Shown here: positions 31,677-41,071 of the stretch, piece by piece
Layout of the letters: each line of letters starts with the position of its first letter
Position numbering within the stretch: the stretch's first letter is position 1
DNA from: Candidatus Latescibacterota bacterium
Lineage (GTDB): Bacteria; Latescibacterota; UBA2968; GCA-2709665
Direction of reading: 5' to 3'
Assembly (NCBI GenBank): GCA_965208835.1
Contig: OZ242358.1
Coordinates: forward strand, 64,001 to 128,000
Length of the DNA stretch: 64,000 nucleotides
Notes under the pieces: model-generated
Seen by the model: only the letters and a program-made list of their open reading frames with translations
What the model was told of the DNA's origin: nothing
The model's database searches: none
Translations under genes and position numbers: made by a program

Positions 31677-32074
31677 GCGCTGCTTACGTCGATACCTCGG
31701 TGTTAGCTGCCATCGCCTTCGACGAACCGGGCGCCGTTTCGTTAACCGGACAACTGGCGGGGTCTGATAGCCTGTTGTCGTCCAATCTGCTCGAGGCAGA
31801 ACTCCGCGCCGTGTTCGCTCGCGAGGGTGTCGAATTTCAGAAACTCATGGTTGCCGGCATCGAGTGGGTCTTGCCTCAAAGATCGCTTGCTCCCGAGTTC
31901 TCAAGGATACTTGAGATCGGGTACCTGAGAGGCGCCGATCTATGGCACGTCGCTACCGCGCTCTACTCCGCCCCGGACCCCGGCGAACTCCTGTTCCTCA
32001 CCCTCGACGACCGACAGGGCGCTGTGGCCGCGGCCCTCGGCTTCGGCACCCCTGACGGACTGTATTCGCAATGA
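31673..32074 (+). CDS. PIN-domain (VapC) toxin
   Basis: YVDTS, LRGADLWHVATAL, FLTLD; ATGA overlap with the antitoxin. Confidence 0.88.
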   Translation: MSAAYVDTSVLAAIAFDEPGAVSLTGQLAGSDSLLSSNLLEAELRAVFAREGVEFQKLMVAGIEWVLPQRSLAPEFSRILEIGYLRGADLWHVATALYSAPDPGELLFLTLDDRQGAVAAALGFGTPDGLYSQ

Positions 32075-32119
32075 TACTTGTGGCTTAAGAAAGCAACTTC
32101 CAGCGACGCTAATTTACCT

Positions 32120-32155
32120 GAACTGGCTTGCAAGAGACAAGCCAGTTCTTTTCTT
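32120..32155 (+). terminator. Intrinsic terminator after the TA operon
   Basis: GAACTGGCTTG-CAAGAGA-CAAGCCAGTTC followed by TTTTCTT. Confidence 0.7.
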
Positions 32156-32247
32156 GCTCGTGTTTTTGTCCTATATTATTTTCGAATTGAAGCGTTAACG
32201 CTAATAACAGTCGGGCTTGTTTTCGCAATCGCAATTAAGGCGACGAA

Positions 32248-33414
32248 ATGAAATCCGGGATTTCAGGAACGCGTGAGCCTCACGGGCACACAGTACGATG
32301 TCCTGGAGGGTACAGCGCTTTCGTGCCGGCGCCGCTTCCACCGGCAATCACGTGGGGCGGCGATCTGGTCAGTGCGCTCTCCCGCGCCGACCGGGCGATA
32401 GGCCGGCTGGCGGGCGAGGGTCGGCAGATACCGAATCCTCATCTGTTCATCAGGTCGTTTCTCCAACGTGAAGCCGTGCTTTCCAGTCGCATCGAAGGCA
32501 CCCGGACCACCCTGGGCGAACTGCTTGCCGCACAGGCCGGGGCACAGGTAGAGCAAAGTGCTGCGGACCTGAGTGAGGTCGTCAACTACGTCGCCGCGTT
32601 GGAATACGGGATCCAGCGCCTTGAATCGCTCCCGCTTTCATTGCGCCTCGTTCGCGAACTGCACGAACGCCTGATGCGCGGAGTGCGTGGCGGCGTGGCT
32701 GTGCCTGGCGAGTTTCGACGGAGCCAGAACTGGATCGGCCCGCCCGGATGTACACTTAACGACGCGACGTTCGTACCGCCGCCACCCGATGAGCTGATGG
32801 GCTGTCTGGGCGCATGGGAGCGATTCCTCCACGACGAGACGTTTCCGCCTTTGATTCACGCCGCCCTCACCCACTCCCAGTTCGAATCGATCCATCCCTT
32901 CGTGGACGGAAACGGACGCGTCGGTCGGTTGATAATCTCGCTGTTGTTCGTCGCCCGTGGCGTTCTCCCGGCGCCGTTATTGTATTTGAGCGCATACTTT
33001 GAAGCCACTCGCCCTGAGTACTATGCACACCTGCTTGCCGTGACGCAGGACGGCGCGTGGGAGTCGTGGCTGAACTATTTTCTGGGCGGTGTTGCCGAGC
33101 AGGCCGAAGACGCCATCAACAGAATCCGTCAAATCGACGAATTGTTCCACGTCTGGTCCGAACAGCTCGGTAGTACCGGATCGGCGAATCTGGAAAAGGT
33201 TCTGGAGCTATTCGTCGAATTCCCGTTCTGGAACGTGCCGATGCTCTCATCACAGCTGGGGGTCGCCTATACCACGGCTCGACGCGCCGTTGACCGGTTG
33301 GTATCTGCAGGTATTGTCAGCCCGGTTGGCGATGCAAGGCGAAATCGTGTATATTGTGCGGAAGCTGTGCTCGAAGTGCTTGACGCTGAGGTGTCGTCAA
33401 CTCCTGGAACGTGA
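32248..33414 (+). CDS. Fic family protein (Fic_N + Fic + HTH)
   Basis: EAVLSSRIEG inhibitory helix, HPFVDGNGRVGR active-site motif. Confidence 0.92.
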   Translation: MKSGISGTREPHGHTVRCPGGYSAFVPAPLPPAITWGGDLVSALSRADRAIGRLAGEGRQIPNPHLFIRSFLQREAVLSSRIEGTRTTLGELLAAQAGAQVEQSAADLSEVVNYVAALEYGIQRLESLPLSLRLVRELHERLMRGVRGGVAVPGEFRRSQNWIGPPGCTLNDATFVPPPPDELMGCLGAWERFLHDETFPPLIHAALTHSQFESIHPFVDGNGRVGRLIISLLFVARGVLPAPLLYLSAYFEATRPEYYAHLLAVTQDGAWESWLNYFLGGVAEQAEDAINRIRQIDELFHVWSEQLGSTGSANLEKVLELFVEFPFWNVPMLSSQLGVAYTTARRAVDRLVSAGIVSPVGDARRNRVYCAEAVLEVLDAEVSSTPGT

Positions 33415-33677
33415 GCAACGGAATTCCAGTATTTCCGCCGTTCTCGACATTAAGCGCGAATGAAGATTGAATTGTCCTTCATCGTGCATTGGCCTCATAT
33501 TATTAGCGAATCGAGATATTTTCGATAATAAGATGGTTTCTTATTTTCACCTTCGCAAATAACGCGCGGTTATGGCGAGTGGTTTCGATGAGAGTGCATG
33601 CCGATGCGCGCACGGCGTAAAGCTGCGGGCGACCGCAGGCAATCTGCACTCTGTCACGGCACAATTGATGAATATCC

Positions 33678-33826
33678 GGAGCGAGGGCATCCTGCCCTCG
33701 AACATCGTGTGACCCATCAATGCCCGAATCAATGGCTAAATGTCTCATTTGGATCCGATTTCATATTGAAGATGAAGGCGCCAGAGCCTCGCGGATTAGT
33801 CGTCGAGGGCAGGATGCCCTCGCTCC
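33678..33826. repeat. Inverted pair of 23-bp REP-like units (REPIN-like)
   Basis: GGAGCGAGGGCATCCTGCCCTCG at 33678 and its exact reverse complement at 33804. Confidence 0.8.
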
Positions 33827-33913
33827 CGGGAACGCCAACCCGACCGGTCCCAGGTCGGTTTCAGTCTTGGACAGCAGCGATTTCATACTCAACCTGAATT
33901 TGCAAGGGCAGCG

Positions 33914-35278
33914 ATGGCAAATCTAAAGCGAATCGAATCGTGTTCTCTCGACCGTATCAAGACAATGAGAGACGTGGTCGCGAGGGAAATCGAGAGCGTT
34001 AACGAGAAATTGGCTGCGGAAGAAGAGAAGATCAGCCGCCTGGCCGAGAGTGCGGACACGGTTGCCTTGAAGAAGAAGCACGGACGTTACGAGCTGGACC
34101 TGGACGCGGCCGATTCGCGAATCTCGACGTTGAACGAGGAAAAACAGACACTGGAGGACAAAGCCAGGGTCATCGACCAGGCCTTCCAGAAGAAACATCT
34201 GATGGACAGGCAGGCCGACACGCTGGGCGGCGTCCGGAACGTCCATCTGAAGGACATCATCATCTTCTTCCTCATCCTGTTTCTGATCTCGATCCTTGTC
34301 GTGGACCTGCTCGGCATCGGCGCGAACGGCGGCGGCGCGGCTGCAACGGCGGAAGTCAAAGAGGGGAAGATCAGCAAAATCGTCATACAGAAACAGGGCG
34401 CCGGGTACGAGCGCGTGAATATTCACATCGCGGACAACGCCGGATCCGGCGCGCTCGTTTCCGGGCACGTGACCGGAGGAAAACTGACTGGTGTGGACAT
34501 TGTAGACAGTGGGCAGAAATACAAGAACCCCGTTGTGGAAGTACACCCGCATTTCTCGGTGGGTACGCTCTGGATCTTCTGGATCATCGACGTGGTATGC
34601 TGCGCTATTTTCATGGCCAACTTTATCTTCGAACACAGGCTTGCCGCTTCCAAAAGATGGTACTGGAAGAACAACTGGATCGACTTCATCACGTCCATTC
34701 CGCTTCCTCCGGTGCAGGTTATCGCGGCCTCCGGCGACCTCGGCGTTGTGCGCCTGGGCCGTCTGCTGCGGGCCGTGCGGATCTTGCGGGCGCTGCGGCT
34801 GATGCGTATCGGCCTGTTCTTCTGGCGAGGCATGGACCACCTCAGCACCACGCTGGACGTACGTCTGCTCAAAAGGTCCCTGCTTTACGGCCTCCTGTCC
34901 CTCGTGTTCGGCGCCGTCGTTTTCATGTTTCTGGAGCACATGGAGTCGGGCTCAGGATTCTGGCAGAGCCTCTGGTGGAGTTTTACCACGCTCGTCACCG
35001 GCGGGTACGCCGACATCCACAACCCCGAAACCGCTTCCGGCAGAATCCTCACGGTTTTTCTGGTGATCACCGGAATGGTTCTGGTGGGCGTCTTTACCGC
35101 GACGTTGACGAGCATACTGGTCAAGGAAGAGGAATCCATACAAGCCGAGGAACTCGACGAGCAGACCGCGATCGTCACGAAGATCCGGAAAGATGTCGAG
35201 GCGACGAACCAACGCCTGGACCGGCTGGAAGGAAGCGTTCGGGAGATCCGGGACGCCGTCACGGGACGGGAGGAATAG
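33914..35278 (+). CDS. 6TM voltage-gated-type cation (K+-like) channel with Gly-rich extracytoplasmic insertion
   Basis: NWIDFITSIP (S3), RLGRLLRAVRILRALRLMR (S4), WWSFTTLVTGGYAD pore, coiled coils at both ends. Confidence 0.8.
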   Translation: MANLKRIESCSLDRIKTMRDVVAREIESVNEKLAAEEEKISRLAESADTVALKKKHGRYELDLDAADSRISTLNEEKQTLEDKARVIDQAFQKKHLMDRQADTLGGVRNVHLKDIIIFFLILFLISILVVDLLGIGANGGGAAATAEVKEGKISKIVIQKQGAGYERVNIHIADNAGSGALVSGHVTGGKLTGVDIVDSGQKYKNPVVEVHPHFSVGTLWIFWIIDVVCCAIFMANFIFEHRLAASKRWYWKNNWIDFITSIPLPPVQVIAASGDLGVVRLGRLLRAVRILRALRLMRIGLFFWRGMDHLSTTLDVRLLKRSLLYGLLSLVFGAVVFMFLEHMESGSGFWQSLWWSFTTLVTGGYADIHNPETASGRILTVFLVITGMVLVGVFTATLTSILVKEEESIQAEELDEQTAIVTKIRKDVEATNQRLDRLEGSVREIRDAVTGREE

Positions 35279-35281
35279 CCG

Positions 35282-36547
35282 ATCCCCGCATCCGGGAAGC
35301 ACGATCCCTACGCGGCATTCCGCATCGCGAACTACCGGCGATACATCCTGGGCTGGTTCTTCGCCATCGTGGGAAACCAGATCCAGAGCATCGCGATCGG
35401 ATGGGAGATATACCAGCGGACCGGCCAGGCGCTCTCCCTTGGGCTGGTCGGTCTCGCGCAAGCCGTGCCGACGATCGTCCTCGCCCTGCCTGCAGGCTTC
35501 CTCGCGGACAGGTTCGACCGTCGCAGGGTTGTTGTCCTCAGCATGCTGGGCACGACCCTGACGTCGCTCGGACTCCTTGCGCTCTCGCTCGGCGAGGGGC
35601 CGATCCTCCTGATGTATGCTCTCCTGGCGCTGGATGCCACCGCCACGTGCCTGGGGCGCCCGGCCAGAACCGCCCTGGTGCCCCTGCTCGTCCCGCGTGA
35701 CGTCTTCCCGATCGCAGTGACCTGGAACACCAGCCTGATGCAGATGGCGTGGGTGATCGGCCCGGCCCTGGGCGGCTTCGTCGTCATGTACAGCGTTCCC
35801 GCCGCCTATGGGCTCAGTGCGGCGAGCACCCTGGTTTTCGTGGTTCTGCTTACGCGGGTGGATTTCCGTTCGGAGCCCGAAAAGCCTGAACCCGCTTCGC
35901 TCACCACCCTGCTGGCGGGCATTCGCTACGTCTGGCGCACCCGCCTCATCCTCTCCCTGATGGCCCTGGACATGTTCGCCGTACTGCTGGGCGGCGCCGT
36001 CTACCTGCTTCCCATCTATGCGGAGGAGATTCTTCGCGTTGGCCCTCAGGGCTTCGGATGGCTCCGGGCCGCCCCGGGCGTCGGCGCCTTCTGCATGGCG
36101 ATCCTACTGGTCTACCTGCCGCCAATGCGGCGCGCGGGACGAAATCTCCTGTTTGCGGTGGCCGGATTCGGCGCGGCCACCATCGTCTTCGGCTTCTCTC
36201 AATCCTTCTGGCTCTCCCTGGCCATGCTGTTCCTCACCGGCGCGTTCGACAACGTCAGCATGGTCGTCCGTCACACGCTCGTCCAGCTGCTCACCACCAA
36301 CCGGATGCGCGGCCGCGTACTGGCCGTGAACTACGTCTTCATCGGCGCTTCCAATGAACTGGGCGGTATGGAATCCGGCCTTGTCGCCCACTGGTTCGGA
36401 CCGGTCGTCTCGGTGGTCAGCGGCGGAATCGGCACCCTCCTCGTGGTTATCGGAACTGCAACCGGTGTTCCCGGCCTTCGCCGCTTCGGCGCGCTCCACG
36501 AAGCCAGGCCTGAGGAAGAGGATGCCCGGGAGAAGGGGGAAAACTGA
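35282..36547 (+). CDS. MFS transporter (MFS_3-like); start uncertain
   Basis: G.LADRFDRR motif A, ~12 TM, LDMFAVLLGG, GASNELG; family-like N-terminus begins upstream of the GTG at 35369. Confidence 0.85.
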   Translation: MPASGKHDPYAAFRIANYRRYILGWFFAIVGNQIQSIAIGWEIYQRTGQALSLGLVGLAQAVPTIVLALPAGFLADRFDRRRVVVLSMLGTTLTSLGLLALSLGEGPILLMYALLALDATATCLGRPARTALVPLLVPRDVFPIAVTWNTSLMQMAWVIGPALGGFVVMYSVPAAYGLSAASTLVFVVLLTRVDFRSEPEKPEPASLTTLLAGIRYVWRTRLILSLMALDMFAVLLGGAVYLLPIYAEEILRVGPQGFGWLRAAPGVGAFCMAILLVYLPPMRRAGRNLLFAVAGFGAATIVFGFSQSFWLSLAMLFLTGAFDNVSMVVRHTLVQLLTTNRMRGRVLAVNYVFIGASNELGGMESGLVAHWFGPVVSVVSGGIGTLLVVIGTATGVPGLRRFGALHEARPEEEDAREKGEN

Positions 36548-36594
36548 ACAACCGGTTCGCATTCTACTCTTCGAGCGCGCGGTTACATCGCATA

Positions 36595-36662
36595 TCACTC
36601 CCCCCTTGAGGGGGAGTCGGCAAGCCAAGGGCGCCAGCCCGCAGGCGCGCCGGTGGGGGGTA
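36595..36662. repeat. GC-rich REP-like palindromic element
   Basis: ACTCCCCCCTTGAGGGGGAGT hairpin plus closing GGGGGG. Confidence 0.55.
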
Positions 36663-36768
36663 ATCGAGCCAATGAACAGGTTTCGCCTTGTCCGGGAACT
36701 GTCATTCTGCCACTGAGCAAATCAAACCCGTGACGTGATGCCGTATATGCAACCGCAGATGGATCGCT

Positions 36769-39732
36769 ATGACGAGAATTTCAATTCCAGGGATCGTGGT
36801 ACCGGCGCTGCTTGCGCTCGTCACATTCTGCGCATCGCCCTCGCAGGCACAACAGATCCCGCCGGACGAATCGTGGCGCACGCTCGAGACGGAACACTTC
36901 CGCGTTACCTACCCTGAGCGACTCGAAGACCTGGCGCGCCGGGCAGCCGATCGCGCGGAGTGGGCCCACCCCCGGCTTTCCGAAAGGTTCATACGCGGAC
37001 CGAGCGGAATGATCGATATCGTCGTCACCGATCATATCGATGCCGCCAACGGTTACGCGACCCCATTTCCCTCGAACCGCATCGTCCTATACGCACGGCC
37101 GCCTGTCGACAGCTTCCTGCTCGGCCACTTCGACGATTGGTTGGAACTTCTGATCGTTCACGAGCTGACGCATATCTTTCACCTCGACCGTCGCGGGCGG
37201 TACAGCGTTCGGGGGTTGTTTGGACGGATCCCGGTCCCCGTTTTCGGCTTCCCGGCCATTGCAACGCCGCTGTGGGTCATCGAAGGCATCGCCACCTGGT
37301 ACGAGTCCGCGCTGACCGGCGAGGGCCGCGTCCTGGGAACCTACCACAAGATGGTGCTTCGAACGGCAGCGCTGGAGGGCCGCTTCGAGTCCATCGGACA
37401 GGCGGGGGGATGGTCGCCGCAATGGCCTGGCGGGCTCCGCGCATACGTTTACGGATCTATGTTCTTCGAGCACCTCATGCGCAAATACGGCCGGGACCGC
37501 ATGTCCGCGTTCGTCGAAGCAGTCGAGGGGCAGTGGATACCCTATCGGCTCGACGCCGCGGGAAGGAGCGCATTCGGCGCGAGCCTGTCGAGCGAGTGGA
37601 CCGAATGGTCGAAGGCGTGGCGTGATTCGGTTGCGGGGCTCGACGCCCGCCTCTCCAGGTTTGGCGCGATTTCCAAACCCGAAAGGCTGACTAGCGGCGC
37701 CCGCTACGCGCTCTACCCGCGGGTGTCTCCCGATGGGTCGACGCTGGTCTACCGTCGATCGGATGGCCGTTCGGATCCCGTACTGGTTTCGACCGGGCTG
37801 GACGGCGGCGGCGAAACGACTGTCACGCGGATCCGTGGGGGCAGGTTCGCGTTCACGCCCGGCGGCGACGTCCTCACCGGGCAGTTGGAATTCTCAGGGC
37901 GATACCGGCTGTTCAGCGATATCTATCGGGTGTCCCGGGACGGCGCGATGGACCGGTTGACACATGGCGCGCGACTGACTGCGCCGTCGGCCGGACCCGG
38001 CGATCGGGCCGTCGCGGTATTGGAAGGAAACGGCGCGACGGGATTGGCTCGAGTCGATACCCGCACGGGGGCCGTCGAGCCGCTGTTGCACCCTGAAGCC
38101 GGCGTCCAGTGGGCGTTCCCGGCGGTGTCCCCCAACGGAAAATGGATCGCGGCGACACGTTGGGTTGGCGGGAATCATGACGTCGTCATCCTCGACGCTG
38201 AAGGTGGCCTCGTCAGCCATGTCACCGATGACCGTGCGATGGACTTCGCCCCCGCATGGAGCCCCGACGGACGGTGGCTGGTATGGTCGTCCGACCGGAC
38301 CGGCATCCTCAATGTCTTCGCGGCACGGGTCGACAGTGGGCGGGCCGCGCCTCCGGTTATGCTTACGAACGTTAGAACCGGCGCGGCGTGGCCCAGTGTG
38401 GATCCGTCGGGGAAATGGCTCTATTTTTCGGGGTATCACGTGGACGGCTGGGAGATCGAACGCATGCCGTTCAATCCGAATGCCGCGCCGCCCGCGCCAC
38501 GATATACCGCCGATTCAACGCGCACCGCGGCGGGGATGGCGGCCGCATCGATCGCATCCGAGGCGGATGAGCGGGGCGCACGTGCCGGCGGGCAGGCGCG
38601 CGACTATTCGCCGTCGTCCACGCTCCGGCCCCGATACTGGGTGCCGTACGCGACGCTGACCCTCTCCGGCGCCGGAAATGGCACGACGCTCCGGACGAAG
38701 GCGCTTGGCACATCCGTCGGGGCGTTTACGTCTGGCGTGGACCTCGTGGGCCGGCACGCCTACAGCGTCGGAACCAGAATCTTTCTGCCGGCAGGAGGAT
38801 ATTCGGGAGGAAGGGGCGCGGGTGTTCTGTCGTATCGGTACGCCGGACTCGGCAACCCCGCGCTGGGCTTATTGATGTCGCAGAACTGGGACGAGGAGCG
38901 CGTCAGGGCCGATTCCACGTTCATTCTGGAACGAACCCGCCGCGCAGTCGTGTCGATGAACCTTGCGCGCCCCAGGATATGGAATACGGTTTCATTCACG
39001 CTTTCAGGCGGACTGTTGCGGGAGGACCGGGAGGCGCTGGATTCTGAGCTTCAGCCGGCGGACCTGTCGAAATACGACAGTCCCCACAGCACCCTGGGTG
39101 AAGTCGCGGCGGATTTCTCAGCCACCACCGCCAGGTCGCACGCGTTTCAGATGGGCAGGGCCGCCGGTGCGACATTCTTCGTTCGCGCGACGCGGCGATT
39201 CGACTTGGCCGGTGACTCATTGGACGACCGCTCCGTCGACGCCGTCTCCGGCGCCTTCAGGACCTACGCGAAGCTGCCGGGAGGCGGATTCGCGGCGCCC
39301 GTCCTGGCGCTCAGGGCGAGCGCGGGCGCTGCGGGGGGGCCGGACAGCGGGCGGGGGTACTACAAGGTCGGCGGCGTGTCGCGACGCCTGTTTCCCGTGC
39401 GTGGCTACGAGAGCACGCAAAGGTCCGGACGGCGCGCCTGGTCGGCGTCGCTGGAGTTACGCCTGCCGGCCGCGCTGGTCAACCGCGCCATCCGAACGCC
39501 GCTGCTGCACTTCGACCGCGCCTTTCTCACGCTCTTCGCCGACGCGGGCAACGCCTGGGGGCGGGATTACTCATCGCAGAACACACCCGAGCCGCTCCTG
39601 TCCGCCGGCGCCGAGTTCGTCTACGACTTCGGCATCCTCTACGTCCCATTCCGCTTCCGCGCCGGCGCGGGTTACGGGTTCACCAACCCAAAGGGCGCCG
39701 TGCCTTACCTCCAGCTCGGTACGTCGTTTTGA
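36769..39732 (+). CDS. Outer membrane protein: metallopeptidase-like domain + TolB/PD40 beta-propeller + Omp85-type barrel
   Basis: Signal peptide, HELTH...EGIA, SPDG/SPNG repeats, VRGY motif, terminal Phe. Confidence 0.75.
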   Translation: MTRISIPGIVVPALLALVTFCASPSQAQQIPPDESWRTLETEHFRVTYPERLEDLARRAADRAEWAHPRLSERFIRGPSGMIDIVVTDHIDAANGYATPFPSNRIVLYARPPVDSFLLGHFDDWLELLIVHELTHIFHLDRRGRYSVRGLFGRIPVPVFGFPAIATPLWVIEGIATWYESALTGEGRVLGTYHKMVLRTAALEGRFESIGQAGGWSPQWPGGLRAYVYGSMFFEHLMRKYGRDRMSAFVEAVEGQWIPYRLDAAGRSAFGASLSSEWTEWSKAWRDSVAGLDARLSRFGAISKPERLTSGARYALYPRVSPDGSTLVYRRSDGRSDPVLVSTGLDGGGETTVTRIRGGRFAFTPGGDVLTGQLEFSGRYRLFSDIYRVSRDGAMDRLTHGARLTAPSAGPGDRAVAVLEGNGATGLARVDTRTGAVEPLLHPEAGVQWAFPAVSPNGKWIAATRWVGGNHDVVILDAEGGLVSHVTDDRAMDFAPAWSPDGRWLVWSSDRTGILNVFAARVDSGRAAPPVMLTNVRTGAAWPSVDPSGKWLYFSGYHVDGWEIERMPFNPNAAPPAPRYTADSTRTAAGMAAASIASEADERGARAGGQARDYSPSSTLRPRYWVPYATLTLSGAGNGTTLRTKALGTSVGAFTSGVDLVGRHAYSVGTRIFLPAGGYSGGRGAGVLSYRYAGLGNPALGLLMSQNWDEERVRADSTFILERTRRAVVSMNLARPRIWNTVSFTLSGGLLREDREALDSELQPADLSKYDSPHSTLGEVAADFSATTARSHAFQMGRAAGATFFVRATRRFDLAGDSLDDRSVDAVSGAFRTYAKLPGGGFAAPVLALRASAGAAGGPDSGRGYYKVGGVSRRLFPVRGYESTQRSGRRAWSASLELRLPAALVNRAIRTPLLHFDRAFLTLFADAGNAWGRDYSSQNTPEPLLSAGAEFVYDFGILYVPFRFRAGAGYGFTNPKGAVPYLQLGTSF

Positions 39733-40027
39733 GCCGATTGTAGCAAATCAGCGGGCGGTCGCATCGAAGACTGCGCACAAAAAAAGCCCCGGAGATTCAT
39801 TTCTCGGGGTGTTGTAATTTCGACTTGAGATTGTCAAACACTTGCAGCGTGTCTCAATTGCTGTTCAAGTTCATTCGACGTTAGGCGAACAACCGATCGA
39901 TCACGTTCACCCCCGCGCTGATGAACCTAGGCTTGGCCATAGAAATCTGTGGATTTTCGAGTCAAATTTCAATCTACCTGCCTCTGCCTTTCAACTAAAC
40001 ACTTGATCGCGCGCGCAAGACGGGTTC

Positions 40028-40792
40028 TTATTCACCAGTATCTTCTAGCCTTTTGTCAAAATGACATCTTAGACCAATAAGGCTGGCAATTGACGCCACC
40101 GATTCTTCATTTGTAACAAACCATTCCCTACGTTTGTTTCTCCCGTTCCGATGGCCGATAGTACGTAGATGTTCCTGAATCTTCCCTTCGATTTCCTTCA
40201 AATCATCATTGGATTCCGTTACCCAAACCTGCAGAATCATTACAGGTTCAGGCATGCCGGTACTTTGTTTAACTGCGCGCTTAAAGGCATCCCTTGTTGA
40301 CATCCCGACTTTCAAATAGGTCCTCGCATCGCAATCTTCGTTCTGTTCAATTACAGGATGGTGCAGATAATGCGGATACGTATACACGTAAATTCCCGGA
40401 ACTAGCATTTTCGAAATATCCGTCGCCTGCTTTTCAACTTCCTCAACTTCCTCATCTATCGCCTGTACATTGGTCGCCCGAGTTTCACACTGCCCTGCCC
40501 TATATTCTAGAACCCTTTGGACTTCCAGAGAAAAATCGTGGCGCTTGACGAAACTTTTCAACGCCCCTGAAGTCTGTTTGGCGAGTGTAGGACTATTGGG
40601 CAGTACTCCTTGTTCTATCGCTCGAATGTAAGTCCTGTAAGTTGATACGAATCCAGATGAAGAGACCCCCAAGGATTCTGCGATTTCTTCAGCAGTCTTG
40701 CCTTGGTCCGTTAATCGCCACACATCGCCGAGCCGTCTGTTATCGTTAGTTAAGGCATTTCTGATTTCGTTCAAGAACGAATTTTCATCCAT
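40028..40792 (-). CDS. HTH + T5orf172/GIY-YIG-type nuclease-domain protein
   Basis: N-terminal GKTAEEIAESLGV; C-terminal PGIYVY...YLKVGMSTRD...R...STGMPE...REWF. Confidence 0.7.
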   Translation of the reverse strand: MDENSFLNEIRNALTNDNRRLGDVWRLTDQGKTAEEIAESLGVSSSGFVSTYRTYIRAIEQGVLPNSPTLAKQTSGALKSFVKRHDFSLEVQRVLEYRAGQCETRATNVQAIDEEVEEVEKQATDISKMLVPGIYVYTYPHYLHHPVIEQNEDCDARTYLKVGMSTRDAFKRAVKQSTGMPEPVMILQVWVTESNDDLKEIEGKIQEHLRTIGHRNGRNKRREWFVTNEESVASIASLIGLRCHFDKRLEDTGE

Positions 40793-41071
40793 CGTATCTT
40801 CCTTGAATATCTGTAAAATCTCCGTGACTTTCTCCAAGAGAGCGACACTTTGGCAGTAACCCCACCATCAGTTGTCGGAAGATCGGCGGTTAGCCAAGAT
40901 GTGACGTCTGTATGGCGAACGTCCTTACTTCTGAACGAGAAGACGTGTGCCCTCCCTTTGATGTCGGGTCTTGTATTGACCTGTACGAGTGGGTCTATGT
41001 GTCGATACCACGTTTACGGAAATTTGCGGCGCTCGACCTCTTCCATTCTTCCATTGTCGATTCACCCTATG

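Noticed and set aside
39881-39960. Possible integrase C-terminal remnant (MAKPRFISAGVNVIDRLFA*) at the island's left edge
   Set aside because: Too short and lacks recognisable catalytic H/Y motifs.
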